From Fidelibacterota bacterium (GTDB lineage Bacteria > Fidelibacterota > UBA2242), in NCBI GenBank assembly GCA_016782645.1, contig JADHYC010000002.1:20324-84323 (forward strand): a stretch of DNA of 64,000 bases, read 5' to 3'. The notes beneath the pieces are model-generated. The model saw only the letters and a list, made by a program, of their open reading frames with translations. It did not search any database and was not told the origin of the DNA. The position numbers and the translations under genes are program-made. How positions within the stretch are numbered: the stretch's first letter is position 1; every line of letters begins with the position of its first letter. Positions 1 through 10,392 of this stretch are shown here, one piece after another.

Positions 1-48
1 GTTCATTAAAAGATATATAAACACGATATTAACATTACGTTTAACAAT

Positions 49-1308
49 CTATAAGCTGGATTTTATATCAATGTAGAATTGAGATTTAAGATCATTAATC
101 CATTTTTGGTACAATTTAGATTTTTTATATTCTAAAGCCCATTGTTCAATAATTACCCATGTATCGTCATATACATTATTTAGTTTTAAAATATGAAAAC
201 CAAGGTCTGTTTTGAATACAGAACTTAATTGTCCAACTTCGAGGTTATCTAAAACAGATAAAAAAACAGGGTTTTGTATTTGGTTTTTTGGTATTCGTTC
301 AATACGTCCTTTATTTGTTTTAGAATCTTTATCATCGCTGTATCTAACAGCGGCAGAATCAAAAGTAATTGAACCGTTAATTATGTTTTGATGAATATCA
401 TTAGATAATTTTTCAGAATCTAAAATATTCTGATCAGAAATTTTTGGTGTTATTAGTATATGACGAACATTTATTTTTTCTCCTTTTCGATCAACTTGCT
501 GAATTATATGATATCCAAAATCTGTTTTAACGATACCGCTTATTTCATCTTTATGAAGAGAAAAAGCAACCTTTTCGAAACTTTTGATGAATCCACCTCT
601 GTTGATATAACCAAGATTACCGCCTTCAGTTGCACTACCTGGATCGTTAGAATATAAACGAGCTAACCTCCCAAAATCTTCGCCACTTTTAAGTAAGTTT
701 AGAATAGAATCAGCTTTTTCTTTAGTTTCGTTTTCTTCTTTTTCTCCAGGAGAGATATCTATGAGAATATGGCTAAAATCTAAAGATGGTGGAACTTCAG
801 GAAGACTGTCTTTGAAAACGTTGTAGAAATCATTTACTTCACGCCTGGATACAGTGATATTTTTGAACTTTTCCGAACGAAGTGTCTCCACTATTAATCT
901 CTTTTTTATAATGGGACGGTAGTCTCTCTTGATTTTAAAAATTGGACTTCCTAACATTTCCTCAGCTCTTTCTCTCGAACCGGCTTGCGTTATCATTTCT
1001 TGTATCTGATTCTCGAGCATATTTTCGACGTCACGGTCTTTGACTTCAATGCTCTCGATCTTTGCCTCTTCAAGAAGAATATTTTCTTCAATAAGAACAT
1101 TAAGTGATTTATTTACGAGTTCTATATACTTATCTTGGTCGCGTATAGGGTCAATTTTCATTTGAGATGCATTTATACGAGCGAATTGTTCTAAATCACT
1201 TCTAAGAATTGCATTATCACCTACAACTGCTACTATTCCGTCAATTAATTCTTGTGAATGAGTTAACAAGACAAGTAATAAGAGAGAGAAAATTGATTGT
1301 TTGATCAT
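49..1308 (-). CDS. surA: SurA-like periplasmic chaperone / parvulin peptidyl-prolyl isomerase
   Basis: Signal peptide; SurA N-domain start (IDGIVAVVGDNAILRSDL); rotamase motifs SHILI, YSNDPGSATEGGNLG, TDFGYHII; second rotamase domain. Confidence 0.85.
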   Translation of the reverse strand: MIKQSIFSLLLLVLLTHSQELIDGIVAVVGDNAILRSDLEQFARINASQMKIDPIRDQDKYIELVNKSLNVLIEENILLEEAKIESIEVKDRDVENMLENQIQEMITQAGSRERAEEMLGSPIFKIKRDYRPIIKKRLIVETLRSEKFKNITVSRREVNDFYNVFKDSLPEVPPSLDFSHILIDISPGEKEENETKEKADSILNLLKSGEDFGRLARLYSNDPGSATEGGNLGYINRGGFIKSFEKVAFSLHKDEISGIVKTDFGYHIIQQVDRKGEKINVRHILITPKISDQNILDSEKLSNDIHQNIINGSITFDSAAVRYSDDKDSKTNKGRIERIPKNQIQNPVFLSVLDNLEVGQLSSVFKTDLGFHILKLNNVYDDTWVIIEQWALEYKKSKLYQKWINDLKSQFYIDIKSSL

Positions 1309-2123
1309 TGAATACTCAAGAAATTTAACAAGTTGTCATCGTTTATTTCATAATCGCTTGATAAAATTAAACTGTCTACCAGAGAGTTGTAACTCTCCTG
1401 AATTTTTTTCTGTGTTAATCTCTGCGTAATCTCATCGCGAACTTCATCAATAGGTCTTATGGAACCTTTTCTATATCTTGCAAGAACTTGAATAATATGA
1501 AACCCATAATCCGAAGCAATAGGTCCAAGAATGTTTCGGTGTGCTGTCTCGAAAATAGTTTTATCAAGTTCCCTTAAGGACTCTCCTTTACGTATTATTT
1601 TAGTTTCAAATTTATACTTAGAGAAGAGTTTATCAAGTTCTTTATGGTTACGAGAATGAAGAGTGTTTTTGATTTTTTTTGTTTCGTTAAAATCTTGAAC
1701 AACGATATGAGAGACCTTTGCTTCTTCCATATCTCGAATAAAACACCTTCTATTCTTAAGATAATAATCTTTTATTTCTTGCTCGCTGATTGATACATTT
1801 GTTTGCAGGTAATACTTCACGTATGAATTTATGGTGAGGTCTTTAAAAAAATTATTAACTTCTATTTTTAATCCTTTGTCTTTATCAAAGTGATATTCTT
1901 TTGCTTTTTGGAAGAGGACTTCTTTTTTAATCCAGGAAAAAACGGTAGAATTCAAATAATCTTTATTTAGGGGTTTTATGCCATTTGATTCAGGTATCAG
2001 ACTTGACAAATCTTCCTTAGTTAAATGGATGTTTCCAACGCGGGCTATATAGTCATTGTTATCAGTTGTAGAACTGCATGATAAAAAAAAGATAATAAAG
2101 AGGATAATTAAAAACAAACGCAT
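1305..2123 (-). CDS. PpiC-type peptidyl-prolyl isomerase, probable lipoprotein
   Basis: Lipobox-like FFLSC; AKVSHIVV and GPIASDYGFHIIQV rotamase motifs. Confidence 0.8.
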   Translation of the reverse strand: MRLFLIILFIIFFLSCSSTTDNNDYIARVGNIHLTKEDLSSLIPESNGIKPLNKDYLNSTVFSWIKKEVLFQKAKEYHFDKDKGLKIEVNNFFKDLTINSYVKYYLQTNVSISEQEIKDYYLKNRRCFIRDMEEAKVSHIVVQDFNETKKIKNTLHSRNHKELDKLFSKYKFETKIIRKGESLRELDKTIFETAHRNILGPIASDYGFHIIQVLARYRKGSIRPIDEVRDEITQRLTQKKIQESYNSLVDSLILSSDYEINDDNLLNFLSIQ

Positions 2124-3856
2124 TAACCGATCTCGCTACTATCAGTTTTCATATTTACGGTTTTCCAGTAGATTTTTAAGTTATATTTGTTTTGCAAATT
2201 CTTAAATAGTTCTGATTCAATTCGAGATCGCTCGGACCTTGAATAGTCGGAACGAACTTTTGATTTTGTTGATTCAAATGGTTTTGGTTCAGATGGACGT
2301 TTATCTAGAACCTTGATGATAGAAAAGCCTTTACCGGAGGGAATTAAATCATTATAGACGGTGCCGGGTTCAAGGTTTTGTGCAATTTTTCCAACAGCTC
2401 CATATTGCTTATCTGTAATAAAGCCAAGGTAGCCCTTGTTAGATTTTTTTGTGTGTCGTGTGGTGTGTTTAGATGAAAGTGAAGCAAAGTCCTCACCTTT
2501 AAGTGCTCGAGTTAATATCTCTTTTGAGGTGTTTTTATTTTTCAGATATATTTCGTGTACTTCAGAGGCTTTCGGGTCCATGTAATGTTTATTTTTATTT
2601 TCTTCATAATAATTTCTTAGTGCTTCTTCATTAAGTACAACCTTGTCTGATATTTCAGCAGATGTGTATTTATCAAAAACCACCTGGTTCTTATAGTTGT
2701 CAATAACGCTGACAACATCTTTATCTTTATCAAGTCCCATTTCAAGTGATTTTTTAATGAAGAGATCTCCCAATATGATATTTAATAGAAAGTCACCGAG
2801 AGTTGAGACATTACTAAAATTCCGTGGAACTGTGTTGGGATGTTTATCAAGTTGTGCAATTAGCCATTCTTTATCAAAGACTTCATTTTTATAAGAGATA
2901 AGAACCTCATTTAAAGGAAAGCTTTTCAGAATAATAGTAGGACTTATTTTCTGTTTCTTGTCACGGGTTAAATTTTTCTTATTTTTATTGAAATTTATAA
3001 TTAGTCTGTTTATATCTTCGTTGTGTAAGGTAACGTCATAATCCTTTTTCGTTTTTTCCAATAACTTCATATATGAACTTTGTAGTTCTTGTCTATACGA
3101 GCGGATAGACTGTCTTTTTAGATTCTCTTTCATTTCTTTATAAGAGGGAATATCCTTGTTTCTCCGGTCTGTAACTTTTATGATATGGTAACCAAACCTT
3201 GTAAGAACAGGCTCTGAGATTTCTCCTACTTTCATGGAAAAGGCGGTTTCTTGGAATTCAGGAGCCATTCTCCCCCAGCTAAAGTAACCTAAATCACCGG
3301 TTTTGGAGGTGTTTTTATCAGCAGAATTTTCCTTCGCTAATTCTTCGAAAGGGGTCCCGGAGACAGCTGTTTTATATACTTCCAGGGCTTTTTTATATGC
3401 TATGTCCTTTGAGGGCTCCTGAGATGCTGATTTTTTATCCAGCGGTATAAGTATATGGCTTGCTTTTACTTCAACCCCCAAGTTTTTATAAAGATCAATT
3501 AACATTTTTTCTGTAATAATCGAATCGAGAATTGTACGGTCGAGATAGAACCGTTTAAGGGTCTCGGATTTAAAGTTATTTACCTTTTCAATTATGTCCT
3601 TTCTTTTGTGGTAGCCCTTTTTAAAAGCGTCGTATTTCATTAATTCTTTTTTTGCAAAGGATAGAACTTTATCTCTCTTCTGGTCTTCTGTTAGATTAAC
3701 AAACCTTTTTGGAGGAATGGACTTATAAAATTTGTCAACACTTATGTATTTTGAGTCAATTTTTAAGAGAGTATCAGGTTCAGGCTTACGGCTACATAAT
3801 GAAAAGATTATTACAAGAAATGCTGTTAAGAATTGCAAGAATGATTTTTTGCTCAT
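2123..3856 (-). CDS. Two-domain parvulin PPIase (PrsA/PpiD-like foldase)
   Basis: VKASHILI...GDLGYFSWGRMAPEFQETAF...TRFGYHIIKV; second domain GYLGFIT...GFSIIKV. Confidence 0.85.
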   Translation of the reverse strand: MSKKSFLQFLTAFLVIIFSLCSRKPEPDTLLKIDSKYISVDKFYKSIPPKRFVNLTEDQKRDKVLSFAKKELMKYDAFKKGYHKRKDIIEKVNNFKSETLKRFYLDRTILDSIITEKMLIDLYKNLGVEVKASHILIPLDKKSASQEPSKDIAYKKALEVYKTAVSGTPFEELAKENSADKNTSKTGDLGYFSWGRMAPEFQETAFSMKVGEISEPVLTRFGYHIIKVTDRRNKDIPSYKEMKENLKRQSIRSYRQELQSSYMKLLEKTKKDYDVTLHNEDINRLIINFNKNKKNLTRDKKQKISPTIILKSFPLNEVLISYKNEVFDKEWLIAQLDKHPNTVPRNFSNVSTLGDFLLNIILGDLFIKKSLEMGLDKDKDVVSVIDNYKNQVVFDKYTSAEISDKVVLNEEALRNYYEENKNKHYMDPKASEVHEIYLKNKNTSKEILTRALKGEDFASLSSKHTTRHTKKSNKGYLGFITDKQYGAVGKIAQNLEPGTVYNDLIPSGKGFSIIKVLDKRPSEPKPFESTKSKVRSDYSRSERSRIESELFKNLQNKYNLKIYWKTVNMKTDSSEIG

Positions 3857-3882
3857 GAAGAATCCTTTCTATTTAAATAACC

Positions 3883-6800
3883 TTATAAATTAATTGTCTC
3901 AATAAGGAGATACAAGAAATGTTTTATAGTATCTATAGGAGATTTATTATTATAAAAAAGAATTAACTGGAGTTCACTACCAGGAAGAAACTTGTAAAAC
4001 ACACCAATTCTGCCGGAAGACATTTTAATTAAACTTGTAAGTCGCTCGGTGCTTTTAAAAGGGTTCAAATCAGTTATAAATATGTGAGCAGAATTTTTAG
4101 AAAAGATTATCTTTGAGATTCCTAAAGTAATGCTAAGGATGCGAATACGGCTGATTTCAAAAAGCGAGATGCCTTCAGGAGGAATTTTTCCAAATCGATC
4201 TTTTAACTCTAATTCAATTTCATCAACTTTTGAAGAATCATCAGATTCAGACAGCCTACGATAGAAATCTAACCTGATAGAGGAAGATGATATATAGTAA
4301 TCAGGAAAATACGAAGGGTAATGATAAACTATTTCTACATCTTCTAGTCTTATTGGTTTTATATTCTGGGAGGCGCCTTCATCTTGATTTAACTCTTCAA
4401 GGGACTCTTTTAGTATTTTTGCGTAAAGGTCATAACCGATAGACTGGATGTATCCGCTTTGCTCTAAACCAAAAATATTACCTGCGCCACGTAGTTCAAG
4501 ATCTTTAATAGCTATTGAATATCCAGAACCAAGCGATGTATATCTCTGAATATTTTGGAGTCTTTTTATTGCTTTTTGGTTTAGGCGACCCATATGAGGA
4601 ACAATTAGATATGCATAAGCCCTTCTATTAGCACGACCCACGCGCCCCCGAAGTTGATAAAGTTGGGCAAGCCCTAGGTTATGAGCTCTGTTTATGAATA
4701 TAGTGTTAACATTTGGAATGTCTATTCCGGATTCTATAATCGTAGTTGTAACAAGAAGATCAATGTTGCGGTTTATAAAGCTGTTCATTATTGGCTCTAT
4801 CTCTCTTTCACGCATCTGTCCGTGAGCATAACCTATTCTAATATCAGGACAAAGGTCTTTTAATTTAGATGTAATAGATGCTATGCTTTTAATCTCATTA
4901 TGAACAAAATATATTTGACCACCTCGTGAAATTTCTCTGTTAACAGCGGCTCTGACAATTTCTTTGTTATATGTAATAATCTCAGTATAAATAGGAAGAC
5001 GTGATTTTGGTGGAGTATTAATATTTGAAAAATCTCTAGCTCCAATAAGCGAGAATTGAAGAGTTCTTGGTATAGGAGTAGCCGAAAGCGAAAGAATGTC
5101 AATGTTAGATCGAAGATTTTTAATTTTATCTTTGTGTTTTACACCAAATCGTTGTTCTTCATCTATTATAAGAAGCCCAAGGTCTTTGAAGTGAACGTCT
5201 TCAGAAAAAAGACGATGAGTGCCGATAACTATATCAGCAGAACCTTCAGCAAGCTCCTTAAGGACTTTATGTTGATTTTTTTTGCTAATAAATCTTGAAA
5301 GAAGAGAGATATTAATAGGATAATTCTTTAATCGTTCAAAGAAAGTATTGTAATGTTGATCAGCTAAAATGGTTGTAGGAACTAAAATTGCTACCTGTTT
5401 AGAGTTGGAAACAGCTTTAAATGCAGCTCTGATTGTAACCTCTGTTTTGCCAAAACCTACATCACCACAGAGGAGCCTGTCCATAGGGCGTGGAGCCTCC
5501 ATATCTTTTTTAATTTCCTTTGTTGCAGTAATTTGGTCGGGAGTTTCATAGTAAATGAATTCTGATTCCATTTCAATTTGTAAATCAGAATCGCAATCAA
5601 AAGGGAACCCTTTGGATCGCATACGTAAAGCATACAAACGGATGATTTCTTTGGTAATTTTTTCCAAAGAGCGGCTGGTTTTTAATTTATTTTTTTCCCA
5701 TTCGCTACTCCCTAATTTGTTAAGAACAGGAGTAAAACCATTCGCTGCCCGGTATTTCTGAACGTTTTTTATTTTTTCTAGGGGAACATAAACCTTATCA
5801 CCTCCATGATATTCAAGAGAGAGGCATTCCCTTACAGAATCGAAAGCGTGAATTTTTTCGAGACCTAAATATTTACCAATGCCGTAATTTATGTGAACCA
5901 TAGTATCGCCTGGATCAATTCTCTCAGCCTCTATGTGTTGGATGGGAATATCCTTGGAGAGTTTTTTAAAAGTATTTGTCTTTCTGCTGCGAGAATATAT
6001 GTCGTGCTCAGCATATATATAAATGCTAATGTCATGAAATTCTATGCTTTGTGATATGAAACCCTCCACAATTCTCAAATCAAGGTCACCTAAAAGAGCC
6101 CTTAAGCGCTCAGCCTGGCTTTGATTGCTACAAATTAAATAAAATAGTGGTGTGCGTATTTTTGGTTTAATTAAAGAGAGATGTTTTCTAAATGCGGATA
6201 TTTTACCCTCAGAAAAGATGGGATAATCAACACGAAAATACAGATCAGATTTGATGTAATCGTGTAGATTAATGCGTTTGTATTGAGATAGTTCTTGCAA
6301 ATGAGGATGATTTTTAGGAAGAGAATCGTTAATAATTTCATAATGGGAGGTGATTAAAATTGAGCCAGCGTCAAGATATGAAAGTATGCTCGCAGTATCC
6401 TTTTCATCAAATTTTGGGTTAGAGGGGGGCGTAATAGTTAGAGATCTGATTTGTTTAATAGATAGCTGATCTTCAGTATTAAAAGAGCGAATAGATTCGA
6501 TTGTATTATCATAAAACTCTATGCGATACGGATTAATAGAGTTTGGAGGATAAAAGTCTACTATCCCGCCTTTAATGCTGAATTCAAGCGGATATTCTAT
6601 AGTTATTTCGCGGTTATAACCAAAATTCATTAAAAGTTGGATAAAGAGATCTCGATCGAAAGGCTTATTCACTTCAAGTTTTATTGTATTTGACGTTGAG
6701 AATTCTGGAGAAGGAAGTTTTGCAGATAACCCTCTTACGGTAGAAACAATAACGGGATTAATATTGCTGGTTATCTTGGAAACGGCGTCATTATAAAAAT

Positions 6801-7122
6801 ATGTTGATATTGAATTGAGATTTGTGAAAAGGGTTTTATGGCACTCTGGATCTGGTAAAAAGCAAACCATAGATTCACCAAGGAAAAAATCCAAATCATC
6901 ACGAATATCTTCGGCTTCTTTAATGTTATCAAATAGTAAAAATATGGATTTGGAGATCGTCTTGCTTAGCGAGGATGTGAAAAGACTTAGGAATGAGCCA
7001 GATAATCCTGAAATGGAAAAAGGATTTGTATAGTTTTCAAGAAGTGCAAGAGTTTTTAAAAAGGATTTGTGACAGGAAAACCTTTTATGGAAAACATCTA
7101 AAAAGTTTATTGAATGTTTCAT
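3883..7122 (-). CDS. mfd: Transcription-repair coupling factor
   Basis: CarD/RID domain (VHINYGIGKYLG), MDRLLCGDVGFGKTEV, DEEQRFGV, QLRGRVGR, C-terminal TRCF domain. Confidence 0.97.
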   Translation of the reverse strand: MKHSINFLDVFHKRFSCHKSFLKTLALLENYTNPFSISGLSGSFLSLFTSSLSKTISKSIFLLFDNIKEAEDIRDDLDFFLGESMVCFLPDPECHKTLFTNLNSISTYFYNDAVSKITSNINPVIVSTVRGLSAKLPSPEFSTSNTIKLEVNKPFDRDLFIQLLMNFGYNREITIEYPLEFSIKGGIVDFYPPNSINPYRIEFYDNTIESIRSFNTEDQLSIKQIRSLTITPPSNPKFDEKDTASILSYLDAGSILITSHYEIINDSLPKNHPHLQELSQYKRINLHDYIKSDLYFRVDYPIFSEGKISAFRKHLSLIKPKIRTPLFYLICSNQSQAERLRALLGDLDLRIVEGFISQSIEFHDISIYIYAEHDIYSRSRKTNTFKKLSKDIPIQHIEAERIDPGDTMVHINYGIGKYLGLEKIHAFDSVRECLSLEYHGGDKVYVPLEKIKNVQKYRAANGFTPVLNKLGSSEWEKNKLKTSRSLEKITKEIIRLYALRMRSKGFPFDCDSDLQIEMESEFIYYETPDQITATKEIKKDMEAPRPMDRLLCGDVGFGKTEVTIRAAFKAVSNSKQVAILVPTTILADQHYNTFFERLKNYPINISLLSRFISKKNQHKVLKELAEGSADIVIGTHRLFSEDVHFKDLGLLIIDEEQRFGVKHKDKIKNLRSNIDILSLSATPIPRTLQFSLIGARDFSNINTPPKSRLPIYTEIITYNKEIVRAAVNREISRGGQIYFVHNEIKSIASITSKLKDLCPDIRIGYAHGQMREREIEPIMNSFINRNIDLLVTTTIIESGIDIPNVNTIFINRAHNLGLAQLYQLRGRVGRANRRAYAYLIVPHMGRLNQKAIKRLQNIQRYTSLGSGYSIAIKDLELRGAGNIFGLEQSGYIQSIGYDLYAKILKESLEELNQDEGASQNIKPIRLEDVEIVYHYPSYFPDYYISSSSIRLDFYRRLSESDDSSKVDEIELELKDRFGKIPPEGISLFEISRIRILSITLGISKIIFSKNSAHIFITDLNPFKSTERLTSLIKMSSGRIGVFYKFLPGSELQLILFYNNKSPIDTIKHFLYLLIETINL

Positions 7123-7130
7123 GTGAAACA
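7115..7130. other. parS site (1 mismatch)
   Basis: TGTTTCATGTGAAACA vs consensus TGTTTCACGTGAAACA; overlaps the mfd ATG. Confidence 0.85.
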
Positions 7131-7135
7131 GCCAC

Positions 7136-9010
7136 TTAGTTCTTTAGCAAGATCATAAGAGAAGTAACATCAGCAGGGGAAACTCCGGGTATTCTGGATG
7201 CTTGCCCCAATGTTTCCGGCCTGATTTTAGAAAGTTTTTCCCTTGCCTCCTTTGTGATTGAGGAAATCTTTAAATAGTCAGTGTTTTTAGGAATTATAGT
7301 CTCCTCGTGTTTCCTAAGGGAATTGATCGATTTGATCTGTCTGTTAATATAGCCATCATACTTTACATCTGTCTCAATCTGATCATCAAAACGTGGATAC
7401 TTTTTAATCTTATTTAGAATATAAGAAGGCAAGTATTTTTCAATGTCACTGAAATTTACATTCCGCCTACAGAGGATTTTAAACAATGAGATACCGGATT
7501 GAATGTTATTTTCACTTAAACTAGAGAGGATAGAGTTTGCTTCTGAAGGAGATAAGTGGGTTTTATTTATAAAGGAAATGGCTTCTTCCGAAATAAGTCG
7601 TTTACTTTTGGAAGAATCGGAAAAGCACTTAGGAAGCAAACCGATTTCACCGCCCTTTGGGGAGAGCCGGATATCAGCATTATCGAACCTTAAAAGGAGT
7701 CGGTACTCAGCACTTGATGTAAACATACGGTATGGTTCATCGGGGCTTTTTGTGATGAGATCGTCAATTAGAACACCGATGTATGCTTCTGAACGATTCA
7801 GAATAAAGGGTTTATCGCCCCTGATTTTTAAGGAGGCGTTAATCCCTGCAATTAAGCCAAGAGCGGCTGCCTCTTCATAACCGGAAGTGCCGTTTACCTG
7901 CCCGGCAATATAAAGGCATTCAATTTTTTTTGTTTCTAAGGTTCTGTAAAGCTGGCAAGAGGGGAAGTAATCATATTCAATTGCGTATCCAGGACGGATT
8001 ATTTCTGCATTATCCAGACCAGGGATTGAATGGATAGCTTTGGTTTGTATGTCAACAGGAAGGCTTGTGGCAAATCCATTTACATAGGTTTCATCAGAAT
8101 CTTTCCACTCGGGCTCGAGAAAGATTTGGTGAGAATTTCTTTCCTTAAATCTAACAATTTTATCTTCAATGCTTGGACAATATCTGGGACCTATGCCCTT
8201 GATAACTCCTGTGTATAGTGGAGAGCGGTCAAGTCCATTGAACAGTACGCTATGTGTTGTCGGATTAGTATGAGTAATATGGCAGGGGATGTTGATGGGG
8301 TTAAAATGTGTGGTCTGAAAGGAGAAGGGAACAGGGTGTTCATCTCCATATTGTGGCGTTGTTTTCTCGAAGTCTATAGAGGAGGTTTTTAAACGAGGAG
8401 GGGTTCCTGTTTTGAGTCTTCCTGAAAATATCCCGATTTCTGCTAAAGACTTGGTTAGCCCAAAAGCGCCTCTCTCCCCCAGGCGGCCCCCAGAAAAGTG
8501 ACAAAGACCAATATGTATAAGCCCGTTTAAAAATGTGCCACACGTGATAATTAGAGATTTACAACTTATTGAAGAGTTTTTTTCAGTTAATACGCCGGTA
8601 ACTATTGATCCCTTTATAATGACTCCAGTAGCACAATCTTCGAGAACGGAGAGATTTTCTTCCGAATCTATACACCTACGCATTTCCTCGGGATATGCTA
8701 TTTTATCTGCCTGTGCCCTGGGCGACCATACAGCTCTGCCCTTCGACCTGTTTAACATTTTGAACTGTATCCCAGTTTTATCTATAACTTTTGCCATCTC
8801 TCCACCGAGGGCATCAATTTCACAGACCAAATGACCCTTAGCTAGCCCACCAATTGCCGGGTTACATGACATTCTTGAGATAGCGGATTTTTCAAGAGTT
8901 ATAAGAAGAGTTGACATACCCATCCTAGCGGCGGCTAAAGAGGCTTCAGCCCCGGCGTGTCCCCCTCCAACAACTATTATGTCATAATCTGTATGTTTCA
9001 CGTGAAACAT
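7136..9010 (-). CDS. mnmG: tRNA uridine-5-carboxymethylaminomethyl modification enzyme MnmG (GidA)
   Basis: YDIIVVGGGHAGAEA, MSCNPAIGGLAKG, GPRYCPSIEDK, AGQVNGTSGYEEAAA. Confidence 0.98.
   Translation of the reverse strand: MFHVKHTDYDIIVVGGGHAGAEASLAAARMGMSTLLITLEKSAISRMSCNPAIGGLAKGHLVCEIDALGGEMAKVIDKTGIQFKMLNRSKGRAVWSPRAQADKIAYPEEMRRCIDSEENLSVLEDCATGVIIKGSIVTGVLTEKNSSISCKSLIITCGTFLNGLIHIGLCHFSGGRLGERGAFGLTKSLAEIGIFSGRLKTGTPPRLKTSSIDFEKTTPQYGDEHPVPFSFQTTHFNPINIPCHITHTNPTTHSVLFNGLDRSPLYTGVIKGIGPRYCPSIEDKIVRFKERNSHQIFLEPEWKDSDETYVNGFATSLPVDIQTKAIHSIPGLDNAEIIRPGYAIEYDYFPSCQLYRTLETKKIECLYIAGQVNGTSGYEEAAALGLIAGINASLKIRGDKPFILNRSEAYIGVLIDDLITKSPDEPYRMFTSSAEYRLLLRFDNADIRLSPKGGEIGLLPKCFSDSSKSKRLISEEAISFINKTHLSPSEANSILSSLSENNIQSGISLFKILCRRNVNFSDIEKYLPSYILNKIKKYPRFDDQIETDVKYDGYINRQIKSINSLRKHEETIIPKNTDYLKISSITKEAREKLSKIRPETLGQASRIPGVSPADVTSLMILLKN
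8994..9009. other. parS site (perfect)
   Basis: Exact 16-bp palindrome TGTTTCACGTGAAACA within the first codons of mnmG. Confidence 0.93.
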
Positions 9011-10378
9011 CTATTTTCCTATGCAGAAATTACTGAAGATTGTGTTTAAAATATCCTCATTTGTTGTTTTTCCAAGGATTTCGTCTAGTGCTTCAAGAGC
9101 AATTCTCAGATCAACTACAACGATTTCTGAAGAATGTTCGTTTTTAGCGTTATCGAGAGATTCGATAATTGAGTTTAATGCCTTAGATAGGGCGTCTCGA
9201 TGTCGTTTTCTTGTTATAATTACGTTCTCTGCTTTTGGAGCCTTAGATTTTGCAGTTAATACCATTATATCTGCTATTTCATGAATACCATAGTGCTTTT
9301 TAGCTGATGTCATAACCATATCTTGTTTTTGAAAGTATGTTGTCATTGCATTTATTTGTTTTTCTGACGCTATGTCAATTTTATTTATTACTATAATAGT
9401 ATTATTAGCATTTTTTGGAAAATAGGGGAGAAATTCAATTACAGGTCTTGTGACATCAATAACAAAAAGAATTATATCAGCATTGTCGATGTTATCCAGA
9501 GTTCTGGAAATTCCCAAGCCTTCAATTGAATCATCTGTTTTTCTCAGCCCTGCAGTGTCGATAAGTCGAAATTGAAAACCACCTTTTTGAAAAGATTCTT
9601 CTATTGTGTCTCTTGTGGTACCTGGATGTGGTGAAACGATAACCCTTTCTTCTTGTAGGAAGGCATTTAACAAACTGGATTTTCCGCTGTTCGGGGGCCC
9701 TACAATCGGAACTAATAAGCCCTGTTTTACCATTTTACCATAATTGTATGATTGTACAAGTCTACTTATCTCTTCTGTGAGTCCAGAAAGAGTGGAAATA
9801 ATTTTACTGACAGGAGTAAATTCAATTTCTTCCTCAGAAAAATCTAATTCTAATTCAAGGAGTGCAATAGTATCAATTAAGGTTTTTCTGCAATACTTAA
9901 TTGCTTGCCCTGTTTTTCCTTCAAGAAGATTTATAGATGCTTTATGTGAAGCTTTAGTTAGGGAAAAAATTAAATCTGCCGTGCCCTCTGCTTGAATTAA
10001 ATCGATCTTGCCATTTAAAAAGGCTCGTTTTGTAAACTCGCCTGGATCAGCTAATCGAGCTCCTGATTTTATACAAAGAGCCGCTATGTGTTCAGTGATA
10101 TATGGGCTTCCGTGACAGCTGATTTCTATTATATCTTCGCCCGTATATGAGTGAGGTGCCTTAAAATATGTTACAACAGAAGAATCAAGATGACTATTAT
10201 CTTCTAAATCATAAATTTGACCAAAAGTGGCGCGACAATGCTTTATTTCTCTGGAGGAGGCAAAGATTTTTTTTATTATATCAAGGGAATTGCTTCCGGA
10301 TAGCCTTACTACGGATAAGCCACCAAAACCTTGGGGGGTTGACAGAGCTACAATTGTGGAATTGTTTTTTGAGAACAT
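9011..10378 (-). CDS. mnmE: tRNA modification GTPase MnmE (TrmE)
   Basis: TIVALSTPQG, PHSYTGEDIIEISCHG, GPPNSGKSSL, PGTTRD, DTAGLR, terminal FSNFCIGK. Confidence 0.98.
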   Translation of the reverse strand: MFSKNNSTIVALSTPQGFGGLSVVRLSGSNSLDIIKKIFASSREIKHCRATFGQIYDLEDNSHLDSSVVTYFKAPHSYTGEDIIEISCHGSPYITEHIAALCIKSGARLADPGEFTKRAFLNGKIDLIQAEGTADLIFSLTKASHKASINLLEGKTGQAIKYCRKTLIDTIALLELELDFSEEEIEFTPVSKIISTLSGLTEEISRLVQSYNYGKMVKQGLLVPIVGPPNSGKSSLLNAFLQEERVIVSPHPGTTRDTIEESFQKGGFQFRLIDTAGLRKTDDSIEGLGISRTLDNIDNADIILFVIDVTRPVIEFLPYFPKNANNTIIVINKIDIASEKQINAMTTYFQKQDMVMTSAKKHYGIHEIADIMVLTAKSKAPKAENVIITRKRHRDALSKALNSIIESLDNAKNEHSSEIVVVDLRIALEALDEILGKTTNEDILNTIFSNFCIGK

Positions 10379-10392
10379 TTTTCATATAAGAA

